A DNA stretch of 64,000 bases, taken from positions 689 through 64,688 of the forward strand of contig CAYPLF010000007.1 of NCBI GenBank assembly GCA_964411555.1, read 5' to 3'. The notes under the pieces are model-generated. The model saw only the letters and a program-made list of their open reading frames with translations. It was not told where the DNA came from and did not search any database. Origin of the DNA: an uncultured Bacteroidales bacterium. Lineage in GTDB: Bacteria; Bacteroidota; Bacteroidia; Bacteroidales; UBA1402. This document shows positions 58,883 to 64,000 of this stretch, piece after piece. Made by a program: the position numbers and the translations under genes. Each line of letters opens with the position of its first letter. Position 1 is the stretch's first letter.

Positions 58883-60433
58883 TTAGAAACGGTATGTCAT
58901 GCCGAAGCTAAGCAATTGTTGCAACTGAATCAAGGATTCATCGGGTTTCCGCTTCAACCGGTCGTCCATTTTGGCATACAGATACACTTGGGTAGAAAAG
59001 TAATGGTTCAATGATACATCAAACGTGTTTTCCCATTCAGTATCAACGTACGTGTAATCGGTAAAATAATAGATTTTTGATTTCCAGTTCAACCGCTCGG
59101 ATATTTTCCAGGTAATGTTGGATGAAATCTTTGAACCAATTTCGCTACCATAGTGTTTCCCGGGTTCGATGCCGTACGATTTGGGATTCAGATTCACATT
59201 GTCGTATAAATAGTTGGCCTTATAGGTTATCGGACTCAGCATCACTGAAAGGTTGTACCCCATTTTTTTATTGTCCTTTTTGAAATCCACACCCAAACTC
59301 ACAAACAATTTTGCAGGGGACATGAAGGATGACAACAAGTTCATGGTATTCTTCCTGTAATTATTGATCATCTGGGTTACGAATTCCGTTGATAGGGAAT
59401 AATACCAGTTATTGCGCATTTTAATGCCCAACTTGCTGAGTGCCCTCAACTGATCGCTGCTCACATTCAGGTTTCTTAACGAGTCGGTTGATACGGTGTT
59501 AAGCCCTACCTTGATTTCCAAACTGTTGTCCAGCTGAACATTTTTTCTGTCATTGTAGTTGGCTTCCAGAAATATTGTCGCCAATCCTGCCATGTTGCTT
59601 TCTCCACCTTTTGACCAATTGGACGACAGGTAAGTTTGAGAAAAGTGCAATTTGAATTGCCCGCGCCTTGTCCACGGATTGTACTCTACTCCTGGATAGT
59701 TGTTTTCTTTTTTGATGGGGAAACCCGTCAGTGACAAAGAGGGCCCCTCCAGAAACATGGGCTTTTCTTGCCTTAGAATAAACACCAACGGGTCAGCTTC
59801 TGGCAGATCTTCTTTTCGGTATTGAACGTAGCGGATCAGGTTTGATTCCAACGACTTCAACAAACGCAGGTCGCTATCAATCGCTCTTTGTTCACGTTGT
59901 AAATAACGCAACAATGAATCGCTCCTTGGGGTACTCAAAATGGACGATGTGGTTGTTTTATGATGTGGATACAGTGAATAATCGGGTTCATGCAGTGTAT
60001 ATACCAACGGTAGGAACAGGGGTTTCAACCGTAGATAGTCAATCGGGATTTCATCGGGAAGGACGGATGGTTCACGAGGCCATACACGGTACATCATCGG
60101 GTCGTACGTCAGAATAGCTGTCAACAATGGGTTGGGATCATGGATGAGCTGCGTACTCATCTCGTTGCTATTATTAACAACCGTTATGTTTTTTTTAGAT
60201 GAGTCGGTGGTTTGTTCGAAATAACCAAGCCCATCTTCCTCCAGTTTCATTTGAATAAATTGGCCTGTCAAAACGGTATCTTCATGTACCAAAGGATCGT
60301 TGTTGGTCGAATAATCTACCAACAACATTCCTGGGTTGAAAGTGCTATCAACCTGATTGACAGTATTAACGGAGATTGCTGAGGTGGTAACTGTCAGGCC
60401 AATGGCTGCGGTCAGTACGTTCAATAAATGCAT
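58883..60433 (-). CDS. Hypothetical outer-membrane beta-barrel protein (possibly DUF3078-like)
   Basis: 516 aa. Signal peptide, a beta-strand-like alternating pattern in the C-terminal half, and a terminal ..FGMTYRF (aromatic C-terminus). Confidence 0.5.
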   Translation of the reverse strand: MHLLNVLTAAIGLTVTTSAISVNTVNQVDSTFNPGMLLVDYSTNNDPLVHEDTVLTGQFIQMKLEEDGLGYFEQTTDSSKKNITVVNNSNEMSTQLIHDPNPLLTAILTYDPMMYRVWPREPSVLPDEIPIDYLRLKPLFLPLVYTLHEPDYSLYPHHKTTTSSILSTPRSDSLLRYLQREQRAIDSDLRLLKSLESNLIRYVQYRKEDLPEADPLVFILRQEKPMFLEGPSLSLTGFPIKKENNYPGVEYNPWTRRGQFKLHFSQTYLSSNWSKGGESNMAGLATIFLEANYNDRKNVQLDNSLEIKVGLNTVSTDSLRNLNVSSDQLRALSKLGIKMRNNWYYSLSTEFVTQMINNYRKNTMNLLSSFMSPAKLFVSLGVDFKKDNKKMGYNLSVMLSPITYKANYLYDNVNLNPKSYGIEPGKHYGSEIGSKISSNITWKISERLNWKSKIYYFTDYTYVDTEWENTFDVSLNHYFSTQVYLYAKMDDRLKRKPDESLIQLQQLLSFGMTYRF

Positions 60434-60453
60434 GGTTCAAATCAGATTCAAAA

Positions 60454-60461
60454 CAAATGTA
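60454..60461 (-). promoter_or_regulatory. -7 promoter box (TACATTTG on the minus strand)
   Basis: Exact TAnnTTTG; 20 nt lie between the box and the ATG at 60433. Confidence 0.5.
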
Positions 60462-60487
60462 CTATATTTTATTTGATAGTTTTTTCG

Positions 60488-60495
60488 TACTTTTG
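60488..60495 (+). promoter_or_regulatory. -7 promoter box (TACTTTTG) for pyrG-yidC
   Basis: Exact TAnnTTTG; 59 nt lie between the box and the GTG start at 60555. Confidence 0.45.
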
Positions 60496-60554
60496 CCGCT
60501 TCCAGTGCTATAAAAAGCCGTAACCGGGTATCAATCCTATTAAATTATCAACCT

Positions 60555-62156
60555 GTGGCTGACACAAAGTATATTTTTGTTACTGGAGGTGTAGTTTCCT
60601 CATTGGGAAAAGGCATCCTTTCTTCCTCTTTGGGCAAGTTGTTGCAATCCAGAGGATATAGAGTCACCATTCAAAAGTTTGATCCGTACATCAACATTGA
60701 CCCGGGCACATTGAATCCCTATGAACACGGGGAATGTTACGTGTGCAGTGACGGTCACGAAGCTGACCTTGACCTGGGGCATTACGAACGTTTCTTGAAT
60801 GTGCCCACCACCAAGGCGAACAACGTCACCACAGGACGTATTTACCAGAATGTGATACAAAAAGAAAGGCACGGCGATTACCTGGGCAAAACCGTACAGA
60901 TCATTCCACACATCACCGATGAAATCAAACGGTGCATGAAATCGCTGGCTGTCAAGAATAAATTCGATTTCATCATTACGGAAATAGGTGGCACCGTGGG
61001 TGACATCGAATCGCTTCCCTTCATTGAAAGTGTCCGTCAACTGCGTTGGGACATGAGCAGCCAATGCTTCTGCATCCACCTGGCCTATCTTCCTTTTTTG
61101 GCCGCTACCCAGGAATTGAAAACCAAACCAGTCCAACATTCCGTCAAAGCATTGCAAGAACTGGGTGTTCAGCCCGATGCCTTGGTATTGCGTACAGAAC
61201 ACCCCATCAACCAGGGTATCCGCCGTAAGGTTGCCTTATTCTGCAACGTAGCTGAACAAGCCGTCGTTGAATGCAGGGATGCCGGCAGCATTTACGAAGT
61301 GCCTTTGTTGATTCAGAAGGAAGGACTGGATACGTTGATCCTGAAACACTTCGGTCTGCCTGTCAATTCGCCTTCCGATATGGGGCCGTGGATTGATTTT
61401 TTGGAAAAACGTAAAAAAGCTACCAAAATCGTTCGCATTGCCTTGGTGGGTAAATATGCTGAATTGTCGGATGCCTATAAATCCATCATTGAATCGCTCA
61501 ACCATGCTGCCGTATATAGCGATAGGAAACTGAAACTGGAACTGATTCATTCCCAGCAGCTCACCGAGGCCAATGTGGATGAAAAATTGACGGGTATCGA
61601 TGGTCTGGTGGTAGCACCGGGCTTTGGAAACCGCGGTATTGAGGGTAAATTCATTGCCTTGAAGTACGGAAGGGAACACAACATTCCAACGTTTGGGGTA
61701 TGTCTGGGCATGCAATGCATGGTCATCGAGTTTGCCCGCAATGTGTTGGGCTATGCTGATGCCAACTCAACTGAAATGGATCCGAATACCACCTACAATG
61801 TGATTGATATCATGGAAGATCAGAAAAGTGTATCTGATTATGGTGGTACCATGCGTTTGGGGAATTTTGACTGCAAATTGGACAAGCATTCAAAAGCGTT
61901 CCAGGCATACGGCAAAGAACGCATCCAAGAACGGCATCGTCACCGTTTTGAGTTCAATGATAAGTTCAGGAAAGAATTCGAAGCGGCCGGCATGAAGTGT
62001 GTGGGCGTCAATCCTGATACCAATTTGGTCGAAGTGGTGGAAATGCCCGCGTTGAAATGGTACATCGGTTGTCAGTTCCATCCCGAATACAATAGCACTG
62101 TTTTAAACCCTAACCCCTTATTTGTGGACTTTATTAAGACCTGTTCGCAGGCTTGA
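60555..62156 (+). CDS. pyrG: CTP synthase
   Basis: 533 aa. (V)ADTKYIFVTGGVVSSLGKG.., glutamine amidotransferase GVCLGMQ and ..FHPE... Confidence 0.93.
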   Translation: MADTKYIFVTGGVVSSLGKGILSSSLGKLLQSRGYRVTIQKFDPYINIDPGTLNPYEHGECYVCSDGHEADLDLGHYERFLNVPTTKANNVTTGRIYQNVIQKERHGDYLGKTVQIIPHITDEIKRCMKSLAVKNKFDFIITEIGGTVGDIESLPFIESVRQLRWDMSSQCFCIHLAYLPFLAATQELKTKPVQHSVKALQELGVQPDALVLRTEHPINQGIRRKVALFCNVAEQAVVECRDAGSIYEVPLLIQKEGLDTLILKHFGLPVNSPSDMGPWIDFLEKRKKATKIVRIALVGKYAELSDAYKSIIESLNHAAVYSDRKLKLELIHSQQLTEANVDEKLTGIDGLVVAPGFGNRGIEGKFIALKYGREHNIPTFGVCLGMQCMVIEFARNVLGYADANSTEMDPNTTYNVIDIMEDQKSVSDYGGTMRLGNFDCKLDKHSKAFQAYGKERIQERHRHRFEFNDKFRKEFEAAGMKCVGVNPDTNLVEVVEMPALKWYIGCQFHPEYNSTVLNPNPLFVDFIKTCSQA

Positions 62157-62182
62157 TTCATTAACTGTACATTAATATTATC

Positions 62183-64000
62183 ATGGATAAAAATACGATT
62201 ACCGGATTTGTCCTTATTTTTTTGATTATCGTAGGCTTTTCCTACTTGAACAAACCCAGCAAAGAAGCCGAAAAAGCTGCGTTGGAACAACAACGGATGC
62301 AAGATTCCATTGCCTTTGTGGAATCAGCGAGGCAAGCTGCCCTGATGGCTGCCGATTCTTCGATGGCTGCACCCACCGTTGAAAAGGACACCACCAACAA
62401 CGCTGTAGTATACGGTATGTTTGCACCACTTACAGCTGGAGACACATCTTACATTACCTTGGAAAATGAGGTCATTAAACTGAAGTTATCCTCGTTGGGT
62501 GCCCGTGTGGTTTCTGCGGAACTTAAGCAGTTTGTGGCCGGTGATTCCAGTGCGTTGATTTTGTTTGACGAAGAAGCGTCTCGTTTCAACTTTTCGTTCT
62601 TTTCGTTAGACAGCCGGTTGATCAATACGGCTGATCTTCACTTCACACCGCTGCCCTCTTCAAACCCCATGCAGCAGACGTATCGGTTGGCTTTAAACTC
62701 GACGACCTGGCTTGATTTTGTCTATACGCTGAATAAGGATGATTACCGCTTCAGTTTTGAGATGAAGGGTAACAACCTGCAGGCCATGATGTTGTCGAAT
62801 ACCAACAAGGTTGATTTCAACTGGGCCATGAAAATGCGTCAGCAAGAACTGGGCCGCAAATTTGAAGAACGTTACTCTGAATTGAATTACAAGTTCTTGG
62901 TGGATGATGTAGAAAAATTGAATGCAACCAAGGATGTGACCAAAAGCGTAGTTGAAGAGCTCAAGTGGGTGTCTTTCAAGGATCAGTTCTTTGCCTGTAT
63001 CGCCATATCCGATAAGGGATTCAGCTCCAATGAACTGCATTCGAAACCTGAACCTACGGGTTCCCGATACATCAAGGATTATTCCATGACGGGTTCGCTC
63101 CCACTTGATTTAAAGGGCGCCCAATCAACCAAGATGCAATTTTACATGGGTCCCATCAAGCATGCCTTGCTCAAGAGTTTTGACAAAGGGGTACCTGCTG
63201 AAGCTCAGCTTGACCTGGACCGTATCGTTCCCTTGGGTGGCAAGATCATTCGTTGGGCCAATACCGGCATCATCCTGCCCATGTTCAACTTCTTTGGCCG
63301 ATTCATGAGCAATTACGGTCTTATCATCCTGGTGATGACCTTTGTTATCAAGATGGTCTTGTTCCCGCTTACGTATAAGTCGTACATGTCTTCGGCCAAG
63401 ATGCGGGTATTGCAACCTCAGATCAATGATATCAACAAACGTTTCCCGGGTACTGAAAAAGCGACTGAACGGTCACAAGCTACCATGGAGTTGTACCGTC
63501 AAGCCGGCGTGAGCCCCATGGGTGGCTGTTTGCCTATGTTGTTACAGATGCCTATTTTGTTCGCCATGTATTCGTTTTTCCCTTCTTCCATCGAATTGAG
63601 GCAGGAAAGTTTCTTGTGGGCGCACGATTTGTCTACCTACGATGCCATTGTGAGTTGGAGTGGAAATATTCCGTTTGTGACCAATTATTTTGGTAATCAC
63701 GTAAGCTTGTTCTGTTTGTTGATGACCATCACCAACTTGGTGTACACGCATCTGAACATGAAGACGCAACCTTCGAACAACCAGATTCCGGGTATGAAGG
63801 CCATGATGTATATCATGCCTGTCATGTTCTTGTTTATCTTCAACCAATATTCTTCCGGTCTTAGCTTCTACTTCTTTGTGTCTACATTGATTTCCATCAT
63901 CCAGACGTATGCCATCCGTGCTACTGTCAATGAGGAAAAGTTGCTGGCTCAATTGAACGAGAATAAGAAGAAGCCTGCCAAGAAATCGGGTTTTGCGGCT
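62183..64000 (+). CDS. yidC: Membrane protein insertase YidC (Bacteroidetes long form); the 3' end runs off the window (absent from the ORF track)
   Basis: I translated from the ATG at 62183: MDKNTITGFVLIFLIIVGFSYLNKP.. then a large periplasmic domain, then ..YGLIILVMTFVIKMVLFPLTYKSYMSSAKMRVLQPQI..MGGCLPMLLQMPILFAMY... The frame is open for 606 codons to base 64000. Confidence 0.88.
   Translation, partial: MDKNTITGFVLIFLIIVGFSYLNKPSKEAEKAALEQQRMQDSIAFVESARQAALMAADSSMAAPTVEKDTTNNAVVYGMFAPLTAGDTSYITLENEVIKLKLSSLGARVVSAELKQFVAGDSSALILFDEEASRFNFSFFSLDSRLINTADLHFTPLPSSNPMQQTYRLALNSTTWLDFVYTLNKDDYRFSFEMKGNNLQAMMLSNTNKVDFNWAMKMRQQELGRKFEERYSELNYKFLVDDVEKLNATKDVTKSVVEELKWVSFKDQFFACIAISDKGFSSNELHSKPEPTGSRYIKDYSMTGSLPLDLKGAQSTKMQFYMGPIKHALLKSFDKGVPAEAQLDLDRIVPLGGKIIRWANTGIILPMFNFFGRFMSNYGLIILVMTFVIKMVLFPLTYKSYMSSAKMRVLQPQINDINKRFPGTEKATERSQATMELYRQAGVSPMGGCLPMLLQMPILFAMYSFFPSSIELRQESFLWAHDLSTYDAIVSWSGNIPFVTNYFGNHVSLFCLLMTITNLVYTHLNMKTQPSNNQIPGMKAMMYIMPVMFLFIFNQYSSGLSFYFFVSTLISIIQTYAIRATVNEEKLLAQLNENKKKPAKKSGFAA

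Overview
The window looks like a densely packed chromosomal segment of a Bacteroidota (Bacteroidales-like) genome. Support for that assignment: 17 exact TAnnTTTG -7 promoter boxes sit correctly upstream of genes; the window contains FISUMP lipoproteins, a DUF5103/T9SS-plug-like protein and SPOR lipoproteins; and pyrG-yidC are adjacent. I call 55 protein-coding genes and 2 tRNAs. Two of the genes run off the window edges and are missing from the ORF track: a GH2-like lipoprotein at 1..1561 (-) and yidC at 62183..64000 (+). Main blocks, in order: (i) transporter, mutS2 and ygiQ. (ii) A minus-strand nucleotide-sugar supply operon, capD-like/gmd/fcl/rfbA/rfbB/rfbC/cytidylyltransferase-GHMP fusion/ugd. 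(iii) A divergent menaquinone operon, menF-menD-menB-menC::menE. (iv) An ABC-2 exporter pair. (v) A roughly 9.8-kb co-directional string, mltG-iorA-iorB-two acyl-CoA ligases-corrinoid protein-AlaX-like-two FISUMP lipoproteins. (vi) tRNA-Ser(GCU), followed by an ORF-free structured stretch and a lower-GC islet of small unrelated genes. (vii) Esterase, tRNA-Cys(GCA) and small accessory genes. (viii) Housekeeping genes folC, yebC, pheT, dapA, ligA, galE, pyrG and yidC, plus outer-membrane proteins. I found no CRISPR array, transposase, integrase, phage gene or recognisable defence system. Nothing here is demonstrably a new system. The best leads are the roughly 180-nt imperfect palindrome after tRNA-Ser, the cytidylyltransferase-GHMP fusion, the ior/acyl-CoA-ligase/corrinoid/AlaX operon, the menC-menE fusion and the tRNA-adjacent lower-GC islet. 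All product calls come from motif and family recognition by eye; no database search was run.
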